Shown: piece by piece, positions 1-9,470 of the stretch | Position numbering within the stretch: position 1 is the first letter of the stretch | How the letters are laid out: every line of letters begins with the position of its first letter | Assembly (NCBI RefSeq): GCF_016714285.1 | Contig: NZ_JADJNN010000008.1 | Coordinates: 324,669-388,668, forward strand | Direction: 5' to 3' | DNA length: 64,000 bases | From: Nannocystis sp. | Lineage (GTDB): Bacteria; Myxococcota_A; Polyangia; Nannocystales; Nannocystaceae | Program-made: the position numbers and the translations under genes | Notes under the pieces: generated by a model | The model's database searches: none | What the model saw: only the letters and a program-made list of their open reading frames with translations | Told to the model about the DNA's origin: nothing

Positions 1-372
1 TGGCGACGGCCTCGCCGAGGCTCGCCATGCCGAGGTAATTCACGTCGCGCGTGAAGTCCATGTTGGCGCGGGTCATCGGGTCGCGCAGGAGGAACACGCC
101 GATCTTGGTGAGCTGGTAGCGGCCCTCGCTCTCCTTGACGACGCCGATGCCGAGGCCGGCCTCGAGCAGGACGCGGGTGCCGTAGATCGGCAGCTGCGCG
201 GCGTCGGCGGCCTCGGGAGGCTGAGGCCGTCGCGGCTGGCCTCGAGCGCGGCGAGGATGCCCCGGTCGCGCAGGACGCAGGCGGCCTGGAACACCATCGG
301 GGCGAAGGCGATCCACTGCGCGCGCTCGAGGGCCTCGAGCGCGCTGATCGGTTTGTCGGCGGGCTGGTTCAT
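1..372 (-). CDS. O-methyltransferase-like protein, N-terminal part (gene runs off the window start). Reading frame breaks near 215-225.
   Basis: ATG at 372 gives MNQPADKPISALEALERAQWIAFAPMVFQAACVLRDRGILAALEAS (OMT dimerisation-like). A second frame continues EAADAAQLPIYGTRVLLEAGLGIGVVKESEGRYQLTKIGVFLLRDPMTRANMDFTRDVNYLGMASLGEAVA to position 1. Joining the two needs a 1-bp indel in ctcccgagg. Confidence 0.5.
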
Positions 373-514
373 GGCGAGCGGGCGCAGGATAACCGGAGGG
401 CCACGTTTTCGCTGCCCCGCTGCGGGCCGGAGATCCGCGACGCAGCGGTCGCGCCCAGGAGCTGGCTCCGGCCGATCGCCTCACATGCCCGGGGCTGGCC
501 CGGGGCCGGCCGCA

Positions 515-1304
515 TCAGAGGCACTCACGCGCCTGTTGCGTGGAGCCGATGCGGCACGGCTGCGCCGCGAACTCGACCCGGCGATCCTCGGCCGGTCCGG
601 ACGGGCCGCCGCTGCTGGCGATCGGCAGCGCATCGCCGAAGCCACGCGGCACGAGGCGCTCGCGGGCGACGCCGCGGCGCAGCAACTCCTCGACGACCTC
701 TTCGGCCACGCGCTGGGTGATCTGCAGCGCGACCGCGGGGTCGCGCTGCGGATCGATGTGGGCGTCGACCCAGACGTGGATGTCGGGCGCCGCCTGCAGG
801 GTCCGGGCGACGCTGTCGAGCAGCCTCGCGGCGTCGCGCGGGAGCTGGCCGCGGCGATCGAGGCGGAGGCGCTCCGAGATGCGGATCTGGCAGGCATCGA
901 CGCGGATGACGTCGGGGCAGCCGTCGAGGTCCTCGAAGCCGTCGAAGTCCTCGGGCAGGTTGCGGCAGTCGACCTCGTCGCCGCCGTCGCGCTTGCGATC
1001 GCAGTTGGTCCAGCGGCCGGCCTTGAACTCGTGGGCGTCGGGGACGCTGTCGCCGTCGTTGTCGCGGTCGACGCAGCCGTCCTCGTCTTCGAATTGATCG
1101 CGGTCCTCGGGCTCGTCGGGGCAGCGGTCCTGGGCGTCGGGGACGCCGTCGGCGTCTGTCAGCGGGCCTGTCCGCGGGCTGCGAGGCAGGGGCGGGCAGG
1201 GCCGTGGGTGCAGGTGTCGTGGCTTCGATCAGCGCCACCGGTGGTGTGGCGGGCGGCGTGGGCGTGCATGCCACCAGCGCGGCCAGGATGGCGATGCGGC
1301 GCAC
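515..1304 (-). CDS. OmpA-family lipoprotein with thrombospondin type-3 (TSP3) Ca-binding repeats. Apparent frameshift between signal peptide and body.
   Basis: Lipoprotein signal MRRIAILAALVAC from 1304. In the -1 frame: TSP3 repeats DADGVPDAQDRCPDEPEDRDQFEDEDGCVDRDNDGDSVPD, then an OmpA C-terminal domain (...VARERLVPRGFGDALPIASSGGPSGPAEDRRVEFAA) ending at 515. The TSP3 frame has an in-frame TGA just upstream (gcgctgatc), so one frame cannot cover both parts. Confidence 0.55.
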
Positions 1305-1316
1305 GGTCCGACGCTA

Positions 1317-3078
1317 TCACAGGCGCGAGGGCTCGCCCGCGTCGCGGTCCGCGACCCGGGTGCAGCGCCAGACGGCCTCGGCGACCGAGCTGGCGATCTG
1401 CAGCATCAAGGCCTGATCCCACTCGATGGAGCGGGCCACGTCGGCGGGCCCGGCGATGATGACGCCCAGGAACACGCCGCGGCTGTGCAGCGGCAACACT
1501 TCGGTCGTGCAGTCCGCGTGCTCGTCGGGTGACCATGACACGCCGCGTCCCGCCGCGAGCTCGCCGCGCTCGGCGTCGCTGAGCGCGAGCTCCAGCGGCT
1601 CATGGCTCACCAGGTCGCGCCAGCCCTCGCCGCTGCGCAGCGCGACGCGGGCGCTGGCGGCGTTGAAGCCGCCCTTGAAGGCGCGCTGGACACACCAGTC
1701 GATCTCGCTCCGGTCCCAGCAATCGACGAGGTTGCTGGCCGCCTCGGGGACCGCGCGCCTGGCTCGCACGTGCGTCGGCAAGACCAGGATGTCGACCAGC
1801 CCCCAGAGCGCGCGGCGTCGCGAGTAGGTCGTGATAGCGAGGGCCGCTGCTACCCCGAGCAGGACCGCCGGCGTGAAGGACGGGCGCAGCGACGGCGGCA
1901 GCAGCAGCGACGCGAGCAGGTGCGCCGCGGCCAGCAGCAGGGCCCAGCTCGCGGCGAGCAGGTTGACCAGCATCGCGGTCCGAACCCAGGCGACGAGATC
2001 GAAGCGCGAGCGCGGCGACAGCCCGTAGAGGATGCACAGCGGCAGCACCATGGTGGCGATCGGGAACACGACCGACGCGGAGAACTCGGCGGTGAAGGGC
2101 GAGACCCAGGGGATGACCGCGGGCAGGAGCGCGAGCGCGGGCAGCACCAGCGCCAGCGCCACCCAGCGGATCGCCGAGGCACGCCGCCGCGAGGCGCTCC
2201 GTCGCTCGCGCACGCGCATCGCCACGAGGCCGGCTCCGGCGAACAGCAGGTGCCCGATCGTGGCCGCGCCGGCGGGGATGTGCTCGTGCAGCGGCAGCCA
2301 TGGGAGGTTGCCGACCGCGACGAACGCGGCCCAGCCGACGATGTAGGCGATGGCGAGGGCGCCGCGGATCTTGCCCTCCGGCAGCGACAGCGCCGCGGTA
2401 GCGAGCCCGAGCACCCCGAGGATGAGGGCGGCCGCGGCGACCGGCTGGTACCACGCCGGCGTGAAGCCGACGTCGAAGGCGCAGCCGAGCGTGGCCGCCA
2501 GCAGCGCGCCCGCGAGGGCGGGCGCCGCGGTCACGCGGGCGGGCGGGAGCAGCAGCAGCGCGCTCGCCAGCAGGACGTTGAGCGTCAGCAGCAGCGCGCC
2601 GAAGGCCTCGAGCGCCGCGACCAGCACGGCGCCGTGCTCGACGCCGCGGCGCGCGAGCGAGGCGACCACCGGGTGGGGGCGCAGCGTCACGATCGCCGCG
2701 TCGGGCTCGGCCGCGAGGCGGGGGCTCACCCGGCCCTCGACGGTCCACCGCTGGCGCTCCGCGTGCGGCCGATCGCGGGGCGCGTAGGCGAGGCGCAGCA
2801 AGGTGTCGACGTCGGCGACCGCGACGCCGTCGATCGCCCGCAGCGTCGCGCCGACGAAGCGGCCGCAGCCGGTCGGCGCGTCGGCCTCGGACTCGGCCCA
2901 GTAGAGCCCGGCGACCCGCCAGCCGCCCTCGCTGGCCTCGAAGCGGCAGCCGCTCTCGAGCTGGCCGCGCCGACCGATGTCGACGACCCGCGCCGGCGCG
3001 GTCGCCACGAGCCCGGCCAGGCCGAGGCCGAGGCCGATCGCGAAGATCAGCCACGAGGCGACGCGCTGCGGCTTCATG
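1317..3078 (-). CDS. Polytopic membrane protein with periplasmic N-terminal domain and C-terminal GAF-like domain
   Basis: Starts MKPQRVASWLIFAIGLGLGLAGL at 3078. Has at least 8 hydrophobic helices. C-terminus ...TEVLPLHSRGVFLGVIIAGPADVARSIEWDQALMLQIASSVAEAVW is GAF-like. Its ATG overlaps the upstream gene's TGA (ATGA), suggesting coupling. The long ORF-track call 1317..4589 is a read-through of an open frame. Confidence 0.7.
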
Positions 3079-5254
3079 CCGACCGCTCCCTGGCATCCCC
3101 GAGCCAGGCGTGCAGCCACGGGATCAGCCCCGCGATCACGCCGACCCCCAGCCCCTCGATCACCGGGACCTGGAAGACCACGCTCGGCAGCGCCGTGCCG
3201 ACGAGCGCGCCGAGCAGCGCGAGCGCGACGCTGATGCGAACGCGTCCGGCCCGCTCGGCGCGCCGTCGCCGGGTCTCGCCCTCCCACAGCGGGACCTCCA
3301 TGCGCGGCAGCGGGGTCGACAGCGAGGTCAGGCCGAAGCGGGCGAGGAACTCCGGGTCGTCGGCGCGGCGCTCGAAGGCCTCCATCGTGGCGTTGTAGCC
3401 GAGCGCGACCAGCTCGGTCAGTGCGGCGAAGTCGACCACGCCGTAGCCGGCGACGGCCGGCGCGATGTAGACGTCGGCGCCGCGTCGGTTCTCCTCGCCC
3501 ATGCCCGACACGCACATGGTCTGGGCCACCACGGCGCCGAGGTTCGGCGTCTTGCGGCGGGACAGCAGGGGATGCAGCCCCGCGACCACCATGTCGAGGT
3601 TGGTCGGCAGGTCGAGGACATCGTCGCCGACCATCTGCTCGTCCGCGCCGCCGACGTCGACGAGGATGCAGGGCCCGCGGCTCAGCTGGCGCATCACGGC
3701 GACCGGCGTGTTGTTGACGACGCCGCCGTCGACCAGCACCTTGCCGCGGATGTGGATCGGTGGCAGCACGGCCGGCAAGGAGGTCGTCGCGCGCACCGCC
3801 TTCCACGCGCGTCCGCGGCGATGGACGACCATCTTGCCGGTGACGAGGTCGCACGAGACGGCGAACCACGGCAGCCAGAGGTCCTCGATATCGGTGTCGC
3901 CGAACAGCCACTTCGCCGGGCGATCGACGGCGTCGCGCTGCAGCAGCGAGCCGTAGGGGATGTCGAAGGCCTGGAAGGGCGCGAGCGTGACGAAGGCGTG
4001 GTCGGAGTCCCGGGCCATGCGCGCCGGGTCGCGGCCCGCGGCGACCATGCACGCGACGCCGCCGCCCGCGCTGGTCCCACCGCTGAGGTCGATCGGCACG
4101 CCGAGCTCGCGCAGCGCCTTGACCACGCCGATGTGGGCGCTGCCGCGGGCTCCGCCGCCGCCGAGCACGAGCCCGATCGCCCGCCCGGTGAGGTGCCTGG
4201 CGAGCCGCTCGACGTGGGCGAGCTCGGAGCTGCGGACATGGAAGACGGACTCGAGGGTGGGGCGATAGGCCAGCCATTCGCGGGTCCCGGCCGGCTCCTG
4301 GGTGTCGTCCGCCTCGAGCAGCACGAGCATGACGCTGCGGCCGGACGCGGCCATCGCGGCGATCGCCGCCTGCTCCGCCGGGCCGGGCCTCGGGTCGCCG
4401 CCCGCGCGGGCCACGACCAGCACGTGATCGGCGTTGCGGACGGCGCGGGCGGTCCACGACGAGCCGCCGCGCTCCGCCTCGAGGAACACGAAGCGGTGGC
4501 TCCGCTCCTGCGCGCCGAGCCAGCGCGCGAAGCCCCGATCGGTCTCCGTCCACGCGTCGATGTCGTCGCCGAGCACGCCCTGTCCGCACTGGGCGTCGAC
4601 CTCGGACATGGGCAGCCAGGTCACTGGATCGCGGCGTCCGATCGCGGCGCGCAGCTGCTCGGCGAACTCCGCGAGCGGCACATCATCGCCGGCGGCGACG
4701 ACCACGAAATTCTCGCTCTTCGGGGCGAACGCCGGGGCCTGAGCGCCCGGCACATATCGCAGGAGCGAGCGCGCGAGGTTGCGCCAGAGCAAGGGATGCT
4801 CCGCGGCGCATTGGAGGAATGCGCCGACCGCGATTGCACCGACCTCGCTGTCGCGCATCGCCTCGACGTCGCCGCTGTGCCGGCCGCTGCCCTGGAGCTC
4901 GACGTCGCCGAGGACCTCGCCCACGCCCGCGTCCTCGACCACCGCGCGCCGCCCGGTCTCACGCAAGACCTCGCCCCACAGCCGCAGCCGGCCGGCGACG
5001 ACCCACAGTAGGTGCGTGCACGCGTCGCCCTTGCGGGCGATCGTCGTCTGCCCGGGCACGTAGCACCATTCGACGCGGGCCAGGAACGCGGCGACGGCCG
5101 CGGGCGGGAGCCCGTCGAGCAGCGCACATCCGGCGATCGATCGGTCGATATCCTCCGTCGAGGGCGCGACGGTCGACGGCCGCAGGGCAGGGTAGACCAT
5201 GAGGATACGCGGAGGACCGCGACGATATCGTGGGCGCCTGGCGCTGGCAAGCAC
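3074..5254 (-). CDS. Cyclic-nucleotide-binding domain + patatin-like phospholipase. Alternative start MVYPAL at 5200.
   Basis: cNMP-binding region: LLDGLPPAAVAAFLARVEWCYVPGQTTIARKGDACTHLLWVVAGRLRL. Patatin motifs: GLVLGGGGARGSAHIGV (oxyanion), GTSAGG (nucleophile Ser), VDGGVVNNTPV (Asp of the dyad). Confidence 0.8.
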   Translation of the reverse strand: MLASARRPRYRRGPPRILMVYPALRPSTVAPSTEDIDRSIAGCALLDGLPPAAVAAFLARVEWCYVPGQTTIARKGDACTHLLWVVAGRLRLWGEVLRETGRRAVVEDAGVGEVLGDVELQGSGRHSGDVEAMRDSEVGAIAVGAFLQCAAEHPLLWRNLARSLLRYVPGAQAPAFAPKSENFVVVAAGDDVPLAEFAEQLRAAIGRRDPVTWLPMSEVDAQCGQGVLGDDIDAWTETDRGFARWLGAQERSHRFVFLEAERGGSSWTARAVRNADHVLVVARAGGDPRPGPAEQAAIAAMAASGRSVMLVLLEADDTQEPAGTREWLAYRPTLESVFHVRSSELAHVERLARHLTGRAIGLVLGGGGARGSAHIGVVKALRELGVPIDLSGGTSAGGGVACMVAAGRDPARMARDSDHAFVTLAPFQAFDIPYGSLLQRDAVDRPAKWLFGDTDIEDLWLPWFAVSCDLVTGKMVVHRRGRAWKAVRATTSLPAVLPPIHIRGKVLVDGGVVNNTPVAVMRQLSRGPCILVDVGGADEQMVGDDVLDLPTNLDMVVAGLHPLLSRRKTPNLGAVVAQTMCVSGMGEENRRGADVYIAPAVAGYGVVDFAALTELVALGYNATMEAFERRADDPEFLARFGLTSLSTPLPRMEVPLWEGETRRRRAERAGRVRISVALALLGALVGTALPSVVFQVPVIEGLGVGVIAGLIPWLHAWLGDARERSA

Positions 5255-5397
5255 GGCGCCCGCGAGATTCGACGCTGGCGATATCGTCGGACTGCGCCGC
5301 CGAGTGCCCGCCTGGAATCGTAGTTTGCGCGTGAATGTGCGCCCTCATCCAGCCCCCGTGAGCGCAAAGGGACGCGGTTCTTCGCTACGATGCGCCG

Positions 5398-6177
5398 ATG
5401 CGTGAGACCGCGGTCCACCGCGCCTTCGCGGCGCTGCCCGCCAACGTCGGCTGGCTGGTCCTGCTCGCGGTCTTCACGGGCGCCGCGGCGCTGACCGGCT
5501 TCAACCCGATATGGGGGAACATCCCCGTCAACATCGTGCTCTCGGCGGTCGTGCTCGTCGCGTGCAGGATGGTGTTCTTCGAGCGGCTCAAGCTCTCGAC
5601 CCTGATCGTGATGCGGCTCCTCGTCGTGCTCGCCGTGCTCTCGGTGATCCCCGGCGATCTCTTCATCAAGATCCTGTTCGGCTTCCTCGTGGTCAATATC
5701 CTCGAGGCGACCCTCACCGACCTGCGCAAGGGCAAGAACCGCTTGAACTTCGTGACCGGCCTGGCGCTGGCCGGCGCGGTGGCGGTGTTCCGGGGCCGCT
5801 GGAACGGCACCTATTACGTGGTCGAGACCCCCGGCTTTGTCCCCTGGATCGTCGCCTATACTCTGTGGAACTGGCTGTTCGTGACCCGGGAGTTCGGCCC
5901 CGCGATCGCGCGGATGCACCTGGCCGTGCTGGCCGCGCCGATCGTGGGCTGCCTGGCTCTCCTGCACCCGGGCCTGTGGCTGCTGTTTCGCGGCAACAGC
6001 CTGATCACCGCGGGCCTGGTCCAGATCTCGAGCAAGGAGTTCGTCGAGGGCTACTTCGCCAGCGACCGCTTCGCCCGCTTCGTCGCCCGGGTGCAGGCGA
6101 CGTCGGTGCAGGCCGCGCTGATGGTCGTCAATGTCGCTCTGGCCCTGGTGCCGGTGTACTACTATTACTGGCGCTGA
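5398..6177 (+). CDS. Integral membrane protein of unknown function
   Basis: 259 aa, at least 7 hydrophobic helices, coherent codon usage. Divergent from the patatin gene. The 3' end overlaps the next gene by about 50 bp. Confidence 0.6.
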   Translation: MRETAVHRAFAALPANVGWLVLLAVFTGAAALTGFNPIWGNIPVNIVLSAVVLVACRMVFFERLKLSTLIVMRLLVVLAVLSVIPGDLFIKILFGFLVVNILEATLTDLRKGKNRLNFVTGLALAGAVAVFRGRWNGTYYVVETPGFVPWIVAYTLWNWLFVTREFGPAIARMHLAVLAAPIVGCLALLHPGLWLLFRGNSLITAGLVQISSKEFVEGYFASDRFARFVARVQATSVQAALMVVNVALALVPVYYYYWR

Positions 6178-6778
6178 GCTCGCTCGGGGCCGCGAGGCGG
6201 GCGAGCGCCACCACCACCGCGATCGGGACCAGCACGAGCCACGGCCAGGCCCCCGGCCCGCGCTTCGGGTAGCGCAGGCGCGAGGGCATCAGCGCCGCGG
6301 CGATCGCCGCCAGCCACGGCGCGAGCGACGGGGCGAGGACGACGGCGACGAGCACCGCCGACGCCGCGGCTGGCGTCGGGACGCCGCGGAACGCCGGGCC
6401 CCAGCGCGTCGCGGCGAGCTCGTCCCCGTCGTACCGGGCGAGCCGCCACACGGCCGTCAGCACATACGCGAGCGCGACCGCCAGCGCTGCGGGCGAGCCG
6501 TCCGCGGCGCGCACCAGCATCACGGCGGGCAGCGCCGCGAAGGCCAGCAGGTCGGCGAGCGAGTAGAGTAGGGTGCCCAGCTCGGAGCTGGTCCCGAGCC
6601 GGCGCGCGAGCGGCCCGTCGAGGCGATCGAGGAGCAGCGAGAGGGCCACGCAGCTGACCATCGCCGCGTCGGTCGCGGCCGCGCTCCACCCGAGCTGGGG
6701 TGCGCACAATCCGAGCGCCGCGGACGCGACCGACATCAGCGTCAATAGATTGGCGGGGTTGGCCGGAGAATGGCTCAT
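6128..6778 (-). CDS. CDP-alcohol phosphatidyltransferase family protein (phosphatidylserine/phosphatidylcholine synthase-like)
   Basis: Signature D-G-x2-A-R-x7-G-x3-D-x3-D: LLDRLDGPLARRLGTSSELGTLLYSLADLLAF. Polytopic, 216 aa. Confidence 0.7.
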   Translation of the reverse strand: MSHSPANPANLLTLMSVASAALGLCAPQLGWSAAATDAAMVSCVALSLLLDRLDGPLARRLGTSSELGTLLYSLADLLAFAALPAVMLVRAADGSPAALAVALAYVLTAVWRLARYDGDELAATRWGPAFRGVPTPAAASAVLVAVVLAPSLAPWLAAIAAALMPSRLRYPKRGPGAWPWLVLVPIAVVVALARLAAPSELSASNSSTPAPGPERH

Positions 6779-7093
6779 GGGACAGGTCTAACGCGGGCCG
6801 TGGTGAAAGCACAGCGCGCCCCGGATGCGGTCGAGGAAGCGCAGAACGCCCGCACGAGGGCCGCTGCCCGCACGAGCCCGCGGCGCGGCATGGACGGGAA
6901 CAGGTGGTGCTCGATCCCGGCCATTTGCATGCGCATCCGTGAGCTCGTCGCGGAGTCACGGGATATCGCGAGGCCGGCGAGGCCGCGCACCTTCGCACCG
7001 CGGCATGAGATATGGTGCGCCCCGGACATGCATCCGTGGCCCCGGAGAGATGGGCCCGGGCCCGTCGTGTACGTCATCGAGAGGGAGCCATTC

Positions 7094-7624
7094 ATGAGTC
7101 GTCATTCGAAGTCGTTGCCCAAGCTGTTCTCCAGCGAATTCGCCAAGCTGCACGGGATCCCCGGGCAGGGCCTCGACGAGGGTCAGGTGCGCATGGGATT
7201 GAAGGCGATCCTCGTGATCGCGGGCGCCGGGAAGAAGCTGTCGGCGAAGACGATGGCGTGGCTGCGCGACGAGCTCAGCGACATCGGCACGCCCGAGGCG
7301 GTGATCGACGCCATCGCGGCCTTCGACTACAGCAACACCACGCTCGAGCAGATCGCCGCGCCCAAGCCGCTGAACTCGATCCCCGGCGGGCTGGCCAGGA
7401 ACGTGCTGTTCCGGGCGATCCGCACCGCCCAGGTCGACGGCTACTCCGACGCCGAGCGGGCCTCGGTCGCGGCCGCGGCCCAGAAGTTCGGGATCCCGGC
7501 GAAGGCCGTCAAGGAGCTCGAGGAGCACGCCGCCGCCTGGCAGGACGTGGACAAGCAGGACAGCCCCGATCCCGCCGCGCTGCAGACGATGCGCAAGAAG
7601 CGTCAGGCGCTGCTGTCGGCCTGA
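7094..7624 (+). CDS. Hypothetical cytoplasmic protein
   Basis: GAGAGGGAG 7 nt upstream of ATG 7094. Starts MSRHSKSLPKLFSSEFAKLHG. 176 aa. The longer ORF-track version (6770) begins in low-complexity shadow. Confidence 0.55.
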   Translation: MSRHSKSLPKLFSSEFAKLHGIPGQGLDEGQVRMGLKAILVIAGAGKKLSAKTMAWLRDELSDIGTPEAVIDAIAAFDYSNTTLEQIAAPKPLNSIPGGLARNVLFRAIRTAQVDGYSDAERASVAAAAQKFGIPAKAVKELEEHAAAWQDVDKQDSPDPAALQTMRKKRQALLSA

Positions 7625-7666
7625 GGCGCGTGAATTCGTGGTCGGGCCCGGAGTGCCACCATTCCC

Positions 7667-8623
7667 GTGAGCGCGTCGATCCTCGCCGCGGCGATCACCG
7701 GGTCGCCGCGCCTCCTCCAGCTGGTGTTGACGGTCTACGCCGTCATCGCCGTGTTCAGCGTGCTGTCGCTCGTCCACCCGCGGCTGCGACGGCCGGAGGG
7801 CCGCGCCGTCCGCCACGCGATCAACTCCTGGTGGCCGCCAGCGCTGATCGGCGGCGCCGCGGTGCTGCTCGGGCCCGCGGTCGCCGTGCTGATCTTCGTC
7901 GCGGTCAGCACCTGGGCGCTGGCCGAGTACCTGCGCTTCCTGCCCGCGTCCGATCGCACGCCCGACGTGGTCGCGCTGGCGCTGCTGCTCGGGCCGCTGC
8001 ACTTCGCGGCGCTCGCGGCCGGGCAGGTCGCGCTCGCCGAGGGCGGCGTGCTGCTGCTGGGCGGCTTCGTCGTGCTCCCGCTGCTCCGCGCGCTGCGTCA
8101 CGGCCCCGCGGGCCTGCTCGCCGGCGCGGCGCGGGTCGGGCTCGGCGTCGTGCTCACCGCCTTCAGCCTCGGGCACGTGGCCCGGCTCTGCCTCCTGCCC
8201 GCCAGCGTCGGAGCGGCCGGCGGCGCGGGCCTGGCGGCGCTGCTGCTGATCTGCGTCATGGTCAGCGACGCGGCCCAGTACGTCGCGGGCAAGCTCGCGG
8301 GACGGCACGCGCTGGCCCCGGTGCTGAGCCCGCGGAAGACCTGGGAGGGGCTCGCGGGCGGCGTGCTGATGACGGGGGTGGTGGGCGCGCTGGCGGCTCC
8401 GCTGGCGACGTCGTTGTCACGCCCGATCGGTGCGGCCGTCGGGGTGGCCCTCGCGCTCGTCGGCCTGCTCGGCGACCTCCTGGTCTCGGCGATCAAGCGC
8501 GACGTGGGCGTGAAGGACAGCGGCGCCGTGCTGCCCGGTCAGGGCGGCGTGCTCGATCGCTGTGACAGCCTGATCCTCGCCGCGCCCCTCTACTACCACG
8601 CGGTCCAGGCGTGGCTGCTGTGA
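7667..8623 (+). CDS. cdsA: Phosphatidate cytidylyltransferase (CDP-diglyceride synthase)
   Basis: CdsA signature SPRKTWEG...LGDLLVSAIKRDVGVKDSGAVLPGQGGVLDRCDSLI. Polytopic. GTG start. Confidence 0.85.
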   Translation: MSASILAAAITGSPRLLQLVLTVYAVIAVFSVLSLVHPRLRRPEGRAVRHAINSWWPPALIGGAAVLLGPAVAVLIFVAVSTWALAEYLRFLPASDRTPDVVALALLLGPLHFAALAAGQVALAEGGVLLLGGFVVLPLLRALRHGPAGLLAGAARVGLGVVLTAFSLGHVARLCLLPASVGAAGGAGLAALLLICVMVSDAAQYVAGKLAGRHALAPVLSPRKTWEGLAGGVLMTGVVGALAAPLATSLSRPIGAAVGVALALVGLLGDLLVSAIKRDVGVKDSGAVLPGQGGVLDRCDSLILAAPLYYHAVQAWLL

Positions 8624-8700
8624 TCGGTCGCTGCGATCCGGGGGCCGCGAGCAGGGGTGGTTGAGCCGGCGCGCGCGCGCGGGTAGAGTCGCGGCTGCGC

Positions 8701-9345
8701 GTGACTGTATGGCTTCAGCTGAGCGCCGGTCACGGGCCGCCCGAGTGCAGCTGGGTGGTGCCGCGGCTGCTCGATGCATTGCTGGCCGCGGCGGCCGCGG
8801 CGGGCGTGCGCGCGGTCTGCCTCGATCGCATCGCCGGCGAGCTGCCGCGCACGCTGCGGTCGGCGCTGGTCGAGCTGTCCGAAGGGCCATGTGATGAATT
8901 CGCCGCGGGGTGGTGCGGCAGCGTGCTGTGGGTCGGTCGCAGTCCGTTTCGCCCGGAGCACCGGCGCCGCAACTGGTTCGTGCAAGTCACGCGGATCGCT
9001 GCGCCGGACGCCGCGGACGGCGATGAGCTGGCCGCGCCGCGGCCCGAGGAGCTCGAGGTCACGGCGATGCGCAGCGGCGGCGCCGGCGGGCAGAACGTCA
9101 ACAAGCGCAGCACCGCGGTGCGGGTGCGGCACCTGCCGAGCGGGGTCGAGGTGGTCGCTCGCGAGGAGCGCACGCAGGCGGCCAACCGCCGGGCCGCGCT
9201 CGCCCGGCTCGCGTGGCTGCTGCGCGAGCGCGCCGAGGCCCGCCGCGACGCCGGCCTGCGCGCGCAGTGGGACGCCAAGGGCCAGGTCGTGCGCGGCGAC
9301 CCGCGGCGGGTGTTTCGCGGGCCCGAGTTCCGGGCCGACGATTGA
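8701..9345 (+). CDS. Peptide chain release factor-like protein with GGQ peptidyl-hydrolase domain (PrfH/RF-H-like; no codon-recognition domain evident)
   Basis: RSGGAGGQNVNKRSTAVRVRHLPSGVEVVAREERTQAANRRAALARL is a class-I release-factor GGQ domain. Total length is 214 aa. Confidence 0.7.
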   Translation: MTVWLQLSAGHGPPECSWVVPRLLDALLAAAAAAGVRAVCLDRIAGELPRTLRSALVELSEGPCDEFAAGWCGSVLWVGRSPFRPEHRRRNWFVQVTRIAAPDAADGDELAAPRPEELEVTAMRSGGAGGQNVNKRSTAVRVRHLPSGVEVVAREERTQAANRRAALARLAWLLRERAEARRDAGLRAQWDAKGQVVRGDPRRVFRGPEFRADD

Positions 9346-9423
9346 GCCGCCGCGGCTCGACGCGTGCGCGACCGCGTTGACGGTGGGTGTTTCACGGGCC
9401 CGAGTCTCGGGCCGACGAATGAG
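9309..9423. repeat. ~40-bp imperfect direct repeat x2, each containing a GC hairpin (ggcccgag-loop-cgggcc). First copy overlaps the 3' end of the PrfH-like gene.
   Basis: gggtgtttcgcgggcccgagttccgggccgacgattgagc (9309-9348) vs gggtgtttcacgggcccgagtctcgggccgacgaatgagc (9384-9423). Candidate terminator or duplicated 3' end. Confidence 0.5.
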
Positions 9424-9470
9424 CGGGCAGCGGCGCCGCGAGCTCACGGCGTATTCGTCGTGAGCCGCGG

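Noticed and set aside
257-1459. 400-aa plus-strand ORF
   Set aside because: Antisense shadow of the OmpA/TSP3 gene. The translation is low-complexity (RRR/AAA/GGG), and the real TSP3 repeats read cleanly on the minus strand.
1317-4589. 1090-aa ORF on minus strand
   Set aside because: Only the 3' 1761 bp (from ATG 3078) is a real gene. Upstream of that the frame runs antisense/off-frame through the patatin gene.
1600-5011. Long ORFs 1600..3096(-), 1602..3398(+), 3110..5011(+), 4621..5967(-)
   Set aside because: Off-frame or antisense overlaps of the GAF membrane protein and the cNMP-patatin gene. Arg/Gly/Ala-rich junk with no motifs.
5255-5397. Promoter elements in the divergent intergenic region
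   Set aside because: No convincing -35/-10 hexamers could be assigned by eye in 72% GC sequence. It was left unannotated rather than guessed.
6165-8565. ORFs 6165..6998(-), 6956..8308(-), 7012..8565(+)
   Set aside because: Shadows of the CDP-OH transferase, the hypothetical gene and cdsA. cdsA and the PS-synthase signatures sit in the other frames.
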